This document shows positions 19,208 to 31,390 of a DNA stretch of 64,000 nt, one piece after another. The stretch's first letter is position 1; each line of letters begins with the position of its first letter. Source of the stretch: Clostridiales bacterium (GTDB lineage: Bacteria > Bacillota > Clostridia > TANB77 > CAG-508); the NCBI GenBank assembly GCA_003534295.1, contig DPDV01000007.1:4127-68126 (forward strand). Direction: 5' to 3'. A program made the translations under genes and the position numbers. The notes beneath the pieces were generated by a model. That model worked only from the letters and a program-made list of their open reading frames with translations, was not told the origin of the DNA and ran no database searches.

Positions 19208-20389
19208 ATGTTTATTCATAATTTTAAATATGCTTTTAAAACTCTCTTTAAAAATAGGATGCTAATATTTTGGACTTTTGCTTTTCCAATAATATTAGGA
19301 ACACTTTTCAATATGGCTTTTTCAAATATAGAAAATAGTGAAAAATTAGATATTATAAATATTGCAATAATAAACAACGATGATTTTGAAAACAATGAAG
19401 CCTTTAAAACATCATTTGAAGAATTAAGTGATGAAAATAATGAAGATAGGTTATTTAATACACAATACACCACAGAGGAAAAAGCAAAAGAATTACTAGA
19501 TAATGGCGAAATAGTTGGATATATGAAATTAAAAGAAGATAAGCCAATATTAACTTTTGCCACAAGTGGAATTAATGAAACAATATTCAAATATGTAACA
19601 GAAGAAATTGAGCAAACAAGTGATATTATTAAAAATTTATCAGAAACAGAAACACAAAAACAAATTACATCTGGAAATTATAATATAAACTATGAAGAAA
19701 TCTATAATAAAGTAATAGAACTTGCAAAAGAAGATAAAGTCAAACTAAAAAATATTTCAAATAGTAATTTAAGTTATACAATGATTGAATTTTATACTCT
19801 TATAGCAATGACTTGTTTATATGGTGGAATGTTAAGTATGGGATCAATAAATCAAACACTAGCAAATATGTCTAACAAAGGAAAAAGAATAGCAGTTTCG
19901 CCTACTAAAAAAGGTACAATTATTTTAAGTAGTTTACTTGCGAGCTATATAGCACAGTTAATAGGACTTGCAATATTATTTGTATATACCCTATTCGTTC
20001 TAAAAGTCGATTATGGAGATAATACTAGTTTAATTATACTACTTGCAATGATCGGAAGCTTTGCAGGATTGACACTTGGAACTTTTGTTGGAACACTATT
20101 TAAAACGAACGAAAATGCAAAAACAGGTATTTTAATTGCATTAACAATGTTCTGGTGTTACTTATCTGGAATGATGGGAATTACAATGAAATATGTTGTT
20201 GATAAAAATGTTCCAATCATAAACAAAATCAATCCTGCAAGTATGATAACAGATGGATTATATTCACTATATTATTATGATACATTTGATAGATATTGGT
20301 TTAATATTATTAGTTTATTTATTTTTGCTTTTGTACTAATGCTAATTTCATTTTTTAGTTTAAGGAGGCAGAAATATGACAGTATTTAA
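19208..20389 (+). CDS. ABC-2 family transporter permease
   Basis: N-terminal TM segment, large extracellular loop, C-terminal multi-TM ABC-2 architecture. Translationally coupled to the ATPase gene. Confidence 0.6.
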   Translation: MFIHNFKYAFKTLFKNRMLIFWTFAFPIILGTLFNMAFSNIENSEKLDIINIAIINNDDFENNEAFKTSFEELSDENNEDRLFNTQYTTEEKAKELLDNGEIVGYMKLKEDKPILTFATSGINETIFKYVTEEIEQTSDIIKNLSETETQKQITSGNYNINYEEIYNKVIELAKEDKVKLKNISNSNLSYTMIEFYTLIAMTCLYGGMLSMGSINQTLANMSNKGKRIAVSPTKKGTIILSSLLASYIAQLIGLAILFVYTLFVLKVDYGDNTSLIILLAMIGSFAGLTLGTFVGTLFKTNENAKTGILIALTMFWCYLSGMMGITMKYVVDKNVPIINKINPASMITDGLYSLYYYDTFDRYWFNIISLFIFAFVLMLISFFSLRRQKYDSI

Positions 20390-21524
20390 AACATTTTGGA
20401 AAATTTTAAATAAGAATAAAGTAATAGTAATTATTTATACAGTAATGTTACTTATATTTGGTATTTCTAATATGCAAACAAGTGAAAAAAGTATGAATTT
20501 TGTTGCAAGTAAGCCAGATGTTGTAATCGTAAATTATGATGAAGAAAAAGGCATTACAAAAGATTTTATAAAGTATATAACAGATAATAGCAATATAGTT
20601 GAAATTGAAACAGATGAAGAAAAAATAAATGACGCTTTATTTTATAGGGATGCAAACTATGTTATATACATTCCAGAAAACTATAATAAAGACTTTATGG
20701 AAGGAAAAAATCCCCAAATAGAAATAAAAAGTACAGGAGATTATCAAGCATCACTTGAAGAAATGCTTGTTTCTAGGTACATTAAGGTAGCCAATATATA
20801 TCAAAAGAGTATTGATAATGAATACGAATTGATTGCCAAAATAAATGAAACACTATCAAAACAAGCAAAAACAGAAATTACTTCAAAATTAGATACAAAT
20901 ACTATCTCAAAGGCAACTTTTTACTACAATTTTGCAAGTTATAGTATATTAGCTTGTTTATTACTTATTATTAGTTTAATATTGAGTAGTTTTAAAGAAG
21001 AAAGAACAAGAAAGAGAATTGTTGTAAGCAGTACAAATTATAAAAAGCATAATAGAATATTACTATTATCAAATTGTTGTTATTCTTTAATATTATGGCT
21101 ATTCTATGTTATTATAAGTTTTATTATATTAGGTGATATAATGACAACAGCGACAGGAGTAGTATATATTATAAATTCTCTTGTGTTAACAATTTGTGCA
21201 ACAACAATAGCATTTTTTATAGGAAATTTAGTATCAAATAAAGGTGCAATAAATGGAATTGTAAATGTAGTAGCATTAGGCTCAAGTTTCTTATGTGGGG
21301 CTTTTGTACCTATGGAATGGCTACCAGATTCAGTATTGAAAATAGCACACACATTACCTACATATTATTACATAAGCACAAATGAAGCATTGAAAACTTT
21401 AGAGAAATTTAATTTTGCAACATTAAAACATTTAATTGTAAATATGGTAATTATGTTAGGATTCGCAATAGTATTTATAATATTAGCAAATGTAGTTTCA
21501 AGAAGAAAGAGAAAGATAGAATAA
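20376..21524 (+). CDS. ABC-2 family transporter permease (second subunit)
   Basis: Same architecture as the preceding ORF. Overlapping start. Confidence 0.6.
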   Translation: MTVFKTFWKILNKNKVIVIIYTVMLLIFGISNMQTSEKSMNFVASKPDVVIVNYDEEKGITKDFIKYITDNSNIVEIETDEEKINDALFYRDANYVIYIPENYNKDFMEGKNPQIEIKSTGDYQASLEEMLVSRYIKVANIYQKSIDNEYELIAKINETLSKQAKTEITSKLDTNTISKATFYYNFASYSILACLLLIISLILSSFKEERTRKRIVVSSTNYKKHNRILLLSNCCYSLILWLFYVIISFIILGDIMTTATGVVYIINSLVLTICATTIAFFIGNLVSNKGAINGIVNVVALGSSFLCGAFVPMEWLPDSVLKIAHTLPTYYYISTNEALKTLEKFNFATLKHLIVNMVIMLGFAIVFIILANVVSRRKRKIE

Positions 21525-21582
21525 AAGAGAAATTACAATTTATAATTAAAATTATTTGTAAATTAATAATCTTATTTCCACT

Positions 21583-21856
21583 AAAGGGGATGGGAATTTC
21601 CCATATACGAATTTGTATGGGAGTACAAATTCAGTGCTGGCTAGCTAGACATAAATTTTATTCCCATATTCAAAAAAATAAAAAGAGGATTAAATTATTC
21701 TGATAATTTTTTCCTCTTTTTGGTCGTCAGTAGATACTCTTACATAAATACCACATCTCATAGTTTTCCTCCTTGAAAGAAAGAGAACTTTTGAAGCTTT
21801 ATATAAAATAAAAACTTACGAACTTTTAAGTCCGTAAGTTGATTTCAAATGGAGCG
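21583..21856 (+). repeat. family-1 terminal module copy A (palindromic GGGAATTTCCC box, bidirectional terminator, 24-codon serine-recombinase start stub on the minus strand at 21690-21761, RBS, 11-bp hairpin, TGGAGCG)
   Basis: About 274 bp, nearly identical to 33984-34268. The minus strand reads AAGGAGG-ATG AGA TGT GGT ATT TAT GTA AGA GTA TCT ACT GAC GAC CAA... = MRCGIYVRVSTDDQKEEKIIRII*. Confidence 0.7.
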
Positions 21857-22026
21857 ATAACGTTACTTATATTCGAAAAATTATACTCCCAAGATTGATT
21901 AAATCAACTAAATAAATTATAGCAGTTTTAAAAATTATTACAATACTTTTGATAAAAAAATTGCTCGATAATATATTAAAAAAAACAGAAATATGATAAA
22001 ATTAAATTACAATGGGAGGTGAAATT

Positions 22027-22575
22027 ATGTGGATTTACATTATCATTGCAATTATCGTTTTGATTGTAATTTATGCTTTAGCTCTATATAATAGTTTTGT
22101 GAAACTAAACAATAAAGTAAAAGAGGCTTTTTCTACTATGGATGTTTATCTAAAGAAAAGATGGGATTTAATTCCTAATATAGTAGAAACAGTAAAAGGA
22201 TATGCTAAGCACGAAAAAGATACTTTAAAAGAAGTTGTAGAATTAAGAAACAGTACTTATGATAAAATGTCTGATGAAGAGAAAATTAAGACAAATGAAC
22301 AATTATCTAGTGGTATTAACAAGATTATGGCCTTAGCAGAGGCTTATCCTGATTTAAAAGCAAATGAAAATTTCAAAGATTTAAGTAAACAATTAACAAA
22401 AGTTGAAGATGATATTACTAATTCAAGAAAATATTACAATGGCGTTGTTAGAATTTATAATAATAAAGTTGAAATGTTCCCAAGTAATATTTTTGCAGGA
22501 TTGTTTGGTTACAAATCAAAAGCAATGTTTGAAGCAAGTGCAAATGAAAGAGAAAATGTAAAAGTTGAATTATAG
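22027..22575 (+). CDS. lemA: LemA-family protein
   Basis: N-terminal TM segment plus LemA-family sequence (KLNNKVKEAFSTMDVYLKKRWDLIPNIVETVKGYAKHEKDTL...). Confidence 0.75.
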   Translation: MWIYIIIAIIVLIVIYALALYNSFVKLNNKVKEAFSTMDVYLKKRWDLIPNIVETVKGYAKHEKDTLKEVVELRNSTYDKMSDEEKIKTNEQLSSGINKIMALAEAYPDLKANENFKDLSKQLTKVEDDITNSRKYYNGVVRIYNNKVEMFPSNIFAGLFGYKSKAMFEASANERENVKVEL

Positions 22576-22589
22576 TTATGGAGGATACA

Positions 22590-25085
22590 ATGAAAAGAAT
22601 CATTAAGGGAATTTTTTTATTTGTTGTAATTGCACTATCTCTAGTATTTGCTTACCCATTAAATACTTATGCGCTAACTGAACAAACATCTTATGTAAGT
22701 ATTGATAATACACAAAATTTAAAAGTTGGAAGTTTATCTTTCTCAAGTATTTCATTTAGGAATTATTCTTCCACTTCTACTCAAGCATTTGGATTAACAG
22801 GTGTAGTTGCTAATAGATCTAGCGATACTATTAGTTATACTTCAACAGCTTATTATTATGATTCAAACTATAATTTAATAGCGCAAGGGTATAATTCAGG
22901 AACAGCAATTTCAGGAACTAGCAATTTTAATCAAATGTCTAATTTAAGTATTTTAGGGGAACATAGTATTAATGAAATATATTATTATCGTTTATCAATT
23001 AATATAAGTGGTACTACTAATTCAGCAGGAACAATCAATTCATCGAGTTTAACACCTAGTAAAAATTGTCAATATAGTTCTTACGATTATGTTCTTGATA
23101 AGTATGATATTAATATTATTGTTAATGAAAATAATACTTTTGATATAACTGAAACAATTACAGCATATTTCAATGTTACCAAACACGGAATATTTAGAAC
23201 TATTCCATTAAAAAATACAATTACAAGATTAGATGGTACAACATCAACCAACCGTACTCAAGTGACAAATGTTAGTGTTGATAATGAATATACAATATCT
23301 AGAAAAAATGGTAATTATAAATTACAAATTGGGTCTGCTAATCGCACGTTAACTGGTGAGCAAAAATATGTCATTAAATATACATATAATTTAGGAAAAG
23401 ATCCAGCGAAAAATTATGATGAATTATATTATAATATAATTGGAAATGAGTGGGACACAGTCATTGGTAATATAACTTTTTCAATTACCATGCCTAAAGA
23501 CTTTGATTCCAGTAAATTAGGCTTTTCATCAGGAAATATAGGTTCAACAGATAATAGTAAAGTTAAATATAATGTTAGTGGAAACAAAATAACAGGAAGC
23601 TATAATGGTGTTCTTAGTGTTGGACAAGCACTAACTGTTAGATGTGAATTGCCTGAAGGATATTTTGTAGGTGCAGGGCTAAATATAAATATAATGGATT
23701 ATATTATGTTCTTAATTCCTGTTATATTTTTAGTAATAGCAATATTATTGTGGTATAAATTTGGTCGTGATGATCAAGTTATAGAAACGGTTGAGTTTTA
23801 CCCACCAGAAGGATTAAATAGTTTAGATGTTGGCTTTTTATATAAAGGTAAGGCTGAAAATAAAGATATAACATCATTATTAATATTTTTAGCAAATAAG
23901 GGATATCTTGAAATTAATAACAAAAAAATTAATTTAAATTCTGAAAAGATAAATTTAAATCAAGATTCAGAAAATAGTGCTAATCAAAAAATAATTGAAT
24001 TGCAAAATAAAATAAATGAAGAAAGAATAAATAATCCAAATTCTAAAAAAATTAAGTATTATGAAAATATGTTAGACATTTATAAAAATATTGATACTCC
24101 AATTGATTATGAACAATATGGCCTTAAATCTTCAATTAATAAACTAAATAGAAAAAATAAGTTTTTTATAAAAAAATTGAAAGATTATGATGGAACAAAT
24201 ATAAATGAACAATGGTTTATGGATGGATTGTTTGAATATGATAGAACAGAAGTTACAGATAAAATGCTATACAATAATTTCTATATAACAAATAATAGAA
24301 TATTGCATAATGTTAACAACAAACAAAATATGGATAAAATATTTGAAAAATCTGCTACAAACAAAAAATTTCTAATTATTTTAATGATTATTGCTACCTA
24401 CTGTTTGATTACAATACCGCCAATATTTAATTATGGACAACCAGAAACATTAATTTTTGCATTACTTTTTTCAGGTATTGGTTTTTCGGTTTTATTTAGA
24501 ATGTTATTTGGTAAGACACCTATTCCAGTTAAAATATTTGGTTTAATTTGGGGATTGGGATTTGGTGGAATGCCTTGGACATTTATGGTATTACCCGCAA
24601 TAACTCAAGATATATCATATCTAATTGGTTATGTTGTAGGAATAATATGTGTGTTAGGAATGATATTGTGTCTAGTATATCTTCCCAAAAGAACAAAGTA
24701 TGGTAATGAAATGCTAGGAAAATTAAAAGGATTTAAAAACTTTTTGGAAACTGTAGAAAAAGAAAGATTAAAAGCATTAGTTATGCAAAATCCAAATTAT
24801 TTTTATGATATTCTACCATATACTTATGTTTTAGGTGTATCTGATAAGTGGATTAAAAAATTTGAATCAATATCATTACAAGCTCCATCTTGGTATGATA
24901 GTTCTAATGGTTTTGATTTTTCTTCTTTTGGAACATTTATAAAATCTACTATGGTTTCTGCTCAAAGTGCTATGTCGTCAAGTCCATCTAGTTCTTCTGG
25001 TGGATCCTCAAGTGGCGGTGGGGGATCTTCTGGTGGAGGTTCATCTGGAGGCGGCTCCGGCGGTGGCGGTGGCGGCTCTTGGTAA
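22590..25085 (+). CDS. DUF2207-like membrane protein with long N-terminal extension and C-terminal poly-Gly/Ser tail
   Basis: Typical LemA partner architecture: signal peptide, extracellular domain, TM segments, Gly/Ser-rich tail (SSGGSSSGGGGSSGGGSSGGGSGGGGGGSW). An extra ~150-aa Ser/Thr/Asn-rich N-terminal region and an internal Asn/Lys-rich insert are present. Confidence 0.55.
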   Translation: MKRIIKGIFLFVVIALSLVFAYPLNTYALTEQTSYVSIDNTQNLKVGSLSFSSISFRNYSSTSTQAFGLTGVVANRSSDTISYTSTAYYYDSNYNLIAQGYNSGTAISGTSNFNQMSNLSILGEHSINEIYYYRLSINISGTTNSAGTINSSSLTPSKNCQYSSYDYVLDKYDINIIVNENNTFDITETITAYFNVTKHGIFRTIPLKNTITRLDGTTSTNRTQVTNVSVDNEYTISRKNGNYKLQIGSANRTLTGEQKYVIKYTYNLGKDPAKNYDELYYNIIGNEWDTVIGNITFSITMPKDFDSSKLGFSSGNIGSTDNSKVKYNVSGNKITGSYNGVLSVGQALTVRCELPEGYFVGAGLNINIMDYIMFLIPVIFLVIAILLWYKFGRDDQVIETVEFYPPEGLNSLDVGFLYKGKAENKDITSLLIFLANKGYLEINNKKINLNSEKINLNQDSENSANQKIIELQNKINEERINNPNSKKIKYYENMLDIYKNIDTPIDYEQYGLKSSINKLNRKNKFFIKKLKDYDGTNINEQWFMDGLFEYDRTEVTDKMLYNNFYITNNRILHNVNNKQNMDKIFEKSATNKKFLIILMIIATYCLITIPPIFNYGQPETLIFALLFSGIGFSVLFRMLFGKTPIPVKIFGLIWGLGFGGMPWTFMVLPAITQDISYLIGYVVGIICVLGMILCLVYLPKRTKYGNEMLGKLKGFKNFLETVEKERLKALVMQNPNYFYDILPYTYVLGVSDKWIKKFESISLQAPSWYDSSNGFDFSSFGTFIKSTMVSAQSAMSSSPSSSSGGSSSGGGGSSGGGSSGGGSGGGGGGSW

Positions 25086-25271
25086 AATAATATTATTAAA
25101 AAGGCAATTTAGGTCATTGTGACCTAGAATTGTCTTTTTCTCTTTTACCCATGAGATTTTTATATTCTTCATAGTTTGTTTTAGCAAAGTTATCTAAATC
25201 TTCTTTTGTTTAATTTTATTAGTAGCCATAAATCTTACTTGTTCTGAATATTCATTTAATTTCTTTATATC

Positions 25272-25523
<252 letters not shown>

Positions 25524-25557
25524 TCATTAACGTCACATTGGTGCGACGATTTTTGCT

Positions 25558-25650
25558 TCTGGAGCGGTTAAGCAGCAGCTTACGAACCATAACGCTCTCT
25601 TTCTAAAAATATTATATATGAATTCTTATTAGATTTCAATGGGAGTATGG
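25558..25650 (+). repeat. family-2 terminal module copy 2 (divergent; left end of unit E2)
   Basis: TGGAGCGGTTAAGCAGCAGCTTACGAACCATAACGCTCTCTTTCTAAAAATATTATATATG...CAATGGGAGTATGG, followed by TAGTATAAT. Confidence 0.6.
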
Positions 25651-25718
25651 AGAATTTTGTTATTTTATAGTATAATATATTCAAACTTAAACTTGATTCT
25701 ATATAAGGAGGAAGTATA

Positions 25719-26186
25719 ATGGATATAAGATATGCGGTAAGAGTATTTGCTTTTAAAGATAACAAGGTTGCCTGTATTAAATATAAGAATATTAACAAAG
25801 ATTATTTTGATATACCTGGTGGAAAGATTGAAGATGGTGAAACTGAAATACAGACTTGTATAAGAGAATTTAAAGAAGAAACTGGAATGGATATTAATGA
25901 TTTAAAATGTATTGGAAATGTTGAAATTATATATCCAGGTAAAAATAAAAAATTTGTTATGAAAACATATATCGCAAATAAAGTGAATGGTAACCCATTG
26001 GATTTAGATGATAACTATGCTTATTGGCTACCTATAAATGAATTAACTAAGAATGAAAAAAGATTTGCAATAACTCATTTGTTAGATGATGATTTAATTA
26101 ATTATTTTGAATCAGAGAAAATCAATATTTTATTTACTTGCGATGATAATCATAATATTACTAATATGGAAATAAAGGAGGCATAA
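25719..26186 (+). CDS. NUDIX hydrolase
   Basis: Nudix box GGKIEDGETEIQTCIREFKEETG. Confidence 0.75.
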   Translation: MDIRYAVRVFAFKDNKVACIKYKNINKDYFDIPGGKIEDGETEIQTCIREFKEETGMDINDLKCIGNVEIIYPGKNKKFVMKTYIANKVNGNPLDLDDNYAYWLPINELTKNEKRFAITHLLDDDLINYFESEKINILFTCDDNHNITNMEIKEA

Positions 26187-26187
26187 A

Positions 26188-26394
26188 ATGAATGCAAATT
26201 TGTGGACACAATTACTTATAGCAATAGTTCCTGCACTTATTACTGGTGTTGGAAGTTTAATAATTGCTATTAAGAAATGTAAGAATGAAATTAATACACT
26301 TGAAACTAATAATAAAAAAGATTATATAGAGTTTGTGTTAGAAAAAAGTAAAGGGTATGGGAATTCCCACAGTAGAATTTATGCGGGAGTATAA
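26188..26394 (+). CDS. small hypothetical membrane protein whose 3' end runs into the partial family-1 repeat
   Basis: 68 aa with one TM segment. The last ~15 codons are encoded by repeat sequence. Confidence 0.3.
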   Translation: MNANLWTQLLIAIVPALITGVGSLIIAIKKCKNEINTLETNNKKDYIEFVLEKSKGYGNSHSRIYAGV

Positions 26395-26487
26395 ATTCAG
26401 TGCTGGCTAGACACGACTTTTACTCTCATACTCTCAAAAAATATAAAAAGAGGATTAAATTATTTTGATAATTTTTTCCTCTTTTTT
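26350..26487 (+). repeat. family-1 terminal module, partial divergent copy B (GGGAATTCCC box and terminator only)
   Basis: AAAGGGTATGGGAATTCCCACAGTAGAATTTATGCGGGAGTATAAATTCAGTGCTGGCTAG...AAAAAGAGGATTAAATTATTTTGATAATTTTTTCCTCTTTTTT. It lacks the recombinase stub and the TGGAGCG end. Confidence 0.55.
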
Positions 26488-27003
26488 AAAGATTATTTAC
26501 ACAAAAACATATTCATTTAAGACAATTTCTTCAGCCATATTCTTGTAATTATTCATTAACTTTGTCCATTCTAATGGATTTAATTCTTTATTTTTTTCAG
26601 ACAATCTTTCATCATATATGATTATAATCTTTCAATAAATAGAAAGAAAAGTAATTTTGACAAAACTGAAAACATTTTTAGTGATTTAAAAAGCTTTTCA
26701 ATATTAGAAGATAATGATGAAAATTCTAGTGTTCCGATTGAATATAAAAATCACTTATTTGATTTTTTAAGTGAATTAGTAAAATTTTCTGAAAAAGGCG
26801 GTATTAATTATCAAAAATATATAGAGTTAGTTAATAAGTATTTTGACGATCCCAATTCTACATATCATGCTAGTCAAATATTATATATTTTAATTTATAA
26901 AAATATTGAGTGGCTTAAAGAAACAAGAATAATTAAAAAAATAGTAAAAATAATTGATAATGATTTTAATATTATATCTGTTGATCCAAGAATTTTTGTA
27001 TCA

Positions 27004-27654
27004 ATGATAGTAAATACGCACGATGAAGAATTGATAAAAAAGTTTTTATTTAAATTATATTGTTGTTCTGAAGAAAAAGATTGGAAAATATCTCATGGTT
27101 TTATGGCATTACAGTATTTATTATATAGAAATTTTTCATCTCCAAAATTATTGAATAAAATGAAACCATATTCTTCAGAAATTGTTGAATTTATATCAAA
27201 GTATTATAAAAATGACTGGCGAAAAAATATAATCAGTATTGAAATTGAAAATCAAATTAATAAATTAATTTATGCTGATACACCAATAAGTTTTTTTAAG
27301 TTTTTGGAAATCATTTCAATAAAGAATAAAAATGTGCTACAAGCACAAGCATATAATAAAAACTATTTTGACTCCATTACAAAAAACATTGAATTAACTA
27401 AGGGACTTACAAATAATAAAAAGAAAATTAATTATACAAAGGATGAATTAAAGGATATTTATTTAAATAAATTAAAAATTGATAGTAACATGTGGCAATC
27501 TATCAACGATTTATGCGATAGAAGAAATAAAAATCCACTTTGTCATGCTAGTTGTGATGCTTTTTCAAATAAGCAAGATATTTCGATTTCAATTTTAAAT
27601 GATATTAATGAAATAAATAATTTAGTTGATGATATTATTAAATTATACATTTAG
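27004..27654 (+). CDS. hypothetical protein; frame is open upstream to ~26635 without a start codon (possibly 5'-truncated)
   Basis: 216-aa ORF. The in-frame upstream extension of ~120 codons has no ATG/GTG/TTG. No domain recognised. Confidence 0.35.
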   Translation: MIVNTHDEELIKKFLFKLYCCSEEKDWKISHGFMALQYLLYRNFSSPKLLNKMKPYSSEIVEFISKYYKNDWRKNIISIEIENQINKLIYADTPISFFKFLEIISIKNKNVLQAQAYNKNYFDSITKNIELTKGLTNNKKKINYTKDELKDIYLNKLKIDSNMWQSINDLCDRRNKNPLCHASCDAFSNKQDISISILNDINEINNLVDDIIKLYI

Positions 27655-27804
27655 CAAGTATAAGTTGTATATCTTTTAGTAATTTTGGACAAATATCTAA
27701 AAATATGATTATCTAAGTTTTGCCAAATTATAAAATTTGTGATATTATAATCACAACAAAAAGAACTGAGTTTCCTCAATTTTTGAAAGTTAGGATAAAT
27801 TAGT

Positions 27805-28669
27805 CTATTTGTTTTCGTATAAACAATTTGAAGAGCATAGCTTGTATATAATTTTGTACAATTTGGTTTCGCATGCAATTATACACTTGTAATGATGTTT
27901 GCCTTCGGATTGTTTTTTTCTGAAAAACAAATAAATAGAATTAGATGTATTAGCATGTGCACTTATTTGAAGTATAATTGTTACGACATTAAAAAGAATT
28001 GTTCTACCAAATTTACATCCCGTTTTAGAAATAGCCCCGTGATACGCAGAAATACCAGATTGAGATGTTACTGAATCAATTCCTAAAAAAGATACAAATT
28101 GATATTTATCATCAAATCTTGTATTGACAAATAAAATAGGATGAGGAAAATCATGTATAAAATTTAAAGCTAAATCATCATATAAATCATTAAAAACAAG
28201 GTTAAATTCGGGAAAAACAATTTCAATTAATTGTTTATATCTGTTCTTTAATCTTGTTTGTCCTTCAAATAATGACCAATATTGTCTAGCAAGTGGATTA
28301 TACATAAAGTATTCATCATTTTTATAGTAAAAATTATCGATTGTGCCTAAATAACATCTAGCAATTTTAAAACAATCTAATTTATCAGTTTTAGATTTAT
28401 TTAAAGTATCTTTAAATTGTTTAACTAGTTTAGGATTCATAACAACAGTATCAATGCCTTTTGATCTAAAATAATTTTCTACAGGCAAATGATAAATAGA
28501 AGTTGATTCCATCACAACAATTAAATTGGAATAATTTTTGATAGAATTAAATAAATTATCAAACTCATTTTTATTGTGCTCAATTAAAGTGGCATCAATA
28601 ATAATGTTTTTCAACTCATCAATAAACACTTTTGCCTTTAGCAATATCAAAACTTAAAATATGTTTCAT
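27805..28669 (-). mobile_element. IS110-family transposase gene, frameshifted near codon 14
   Basis: RBS-ATG MKHILSFDIAKGKSVY* carries the conserved GIDVAK-type N-terminus. A +1 frame continues ...VVMESTSIYHLPV...SFLGIDSVTSQSGISAYHGAISKTGCKFGRTILF, the IS110 C-terminal motif. A single-nucleotide indel in an A-run gives a pseudogene or a sequencing error. Confidence 0.65.
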
Positions 28670-28958
28670 AAAAACTCCTTTCATTAAGATTTTGGTTAAC
28701 ACCATATTGAATTACCTATATTCCTACACGCTTAATCATCCGAACTCTAATATTAAAATTAGTTTCCATTATCTACAACCGAATTAATAAATAATCATAT
28801 GGCAGACATTCATACTTTCGCACTCGAAGTGCCTGTTATACTCCGTCTTTACCGATACTTGTTATAATAACAAAAAACATAAAAAAATCAAAAATTTTAA
28901 CTTGAAGTCTTTATGTTTAACATTATACGTGTTATAATTATCCCAGGAGTTGAGGAAA

Positions 28959-29936
28959 ATGAGATTAGAAGAACTTTTAAAAAAAGAAGGATTATCAAGT
29001 TCTGAAATAAGTGAATTATTATATCGTATAAATACTGAAAAACAAGATGACGAAAAGAAAATAGATATGTATAATAGGGCAATACAAGAAGCTTCTAGAC
29101 TTGGAATTGAAGAACTATACAAGTTGTATAAAGAAATTGGAAATTATAAATTGACTGAAGAAGAAAAAAAATTACTTCAAGGAAATATAACATTTTACAT
29201 AAAAGAACAAAAAAATATGACCAAAGCAAATATACAACAAATGTTATATTTTATAAGTACTGAAAGACAAGAAGATGAAAAGAAAATAGATTTATACAAT
29301 ACAGCTCTATTTGAAGCATCAAAATTTGGTATTTCTTTCTTACATAGTATATATAAAGACATTAAAAATTACAATTTAAGTGAAGAAGAAAAGAAATTAC
29401 TACAAGGTAATGTAACATTCTATATTGGTGAACAAAAAGATATGTCGCCAGAAGATGTAAAGGAAATGCTATATTTTGTAAATGCTGAAAGACAAGATGA
29501 TGAAAAGAAAATAGATTTATTTAATAAAGCATTATTTGAAGCATCAAAATTTGGTGTACCTGTTTTACATAGTATTTATAAAGATATTAAAAATTATAAA
29601 TTAACTGAAGAAGAAAAGAAATTACTACAAGGTAATGTAACATTCTATATTGGTGAACAAAAAGATATGACACCAGAGGATTTACAACAAATGCTATTCT
29701 TTATAAACACTGAAAGACAAGATGATGAAAAGAAAATAGAATTGTATAATAAAGCATTATTTGAAGCTTCTAAACTTGGAAGCGAAGTATTAGAAAAAAT
29801 AAAAAATGAAATAGGAAGCTACAATTTAACAGATGAAGAAAAGGTTTTACTTCAAAGAAATGTAGACTTCTATATTAGTGAACAACAAAAAAATAGTACT
29901 AATACTATTGAAAGTTCAGCTGGAAGAGATAGGTAA
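28959..29936 (+). CDS. tandem-repeat protein (four ~80-aa repeats)
   Basis: Repeat unit ...MLYF(I/V)NTERQDDEKKIDLYNKALFEASKFG...LHSIYKDIKNY(K/N)L(T/S)EEEKKLLQGNVTFYIGEQKDM(T/S)PED... The DNA-level ~240-bp repeats are near identical. Start at MRLEEL, with an AGGAG RBS. Confidence 0.55.
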   Translation: MRLEELLKKEGLSSSEISELLYRINTEKQDDEKKIDMYNRAIQEASRLGIEELYKLYKEIGNYKLTEEEKKLLQGNITFYIKEQKNMTKANIQQMLYFISTERQEDEKKIDLYNTALFEASKFGISFLHSIYKDIKNYNLSEEEKKLLQGNVTFYIGEQKDMSPEDVKEMLYFVNAERQDDEKKIDLFNKALFEASKFGVPVLHSIYKDIKNYKLTEEEKKLLQGNVTFYIGEQKDMTPEDLQQMLFFINTERQDDEKKIELYNKALFEASKLGSEVLEKIKNEIGSYNLTDEEKVLLQRNVDFYISEQQKNSTNTIESSAGRDR

Positions 29937-29953
29937 CAAATAAAGACGATAGT

Positions 29954-31390
<1,437 letters not shown>

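Noticed and set aside
25086-25271. Short coding-looking stretches on the minus strand (for example ...DLDNFAKTNYEEYKNLMGKREKDNSRSQ*)
   Set aside because: They are fragmented across frames with no start codon. They are probably decayed remnants of the recombinase or relaxase gene and are not annotated as a feature.
25550-25600. TGGAGCGGTTAAGCAGCAGCTTACGAACC considered as a partial tRNA 3' half
   Set aside because: It has no T-loop consensus (GGTTCGTAAGC instead of GGTTCGAATCC) and no acceptor complementarity. It is better explained as family-2 repeat sequence beginning at the TGGAGCG junction.
29200-29900. Regular ~240-bp tandem DNA repeats considered as a possible CRISPR or other repeat array
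   Set aside because: Repeat units are far longer than CRISPR repeats and have no unique spacers. They lie in one continuous ORF and encode the 80-aa protein repeats.
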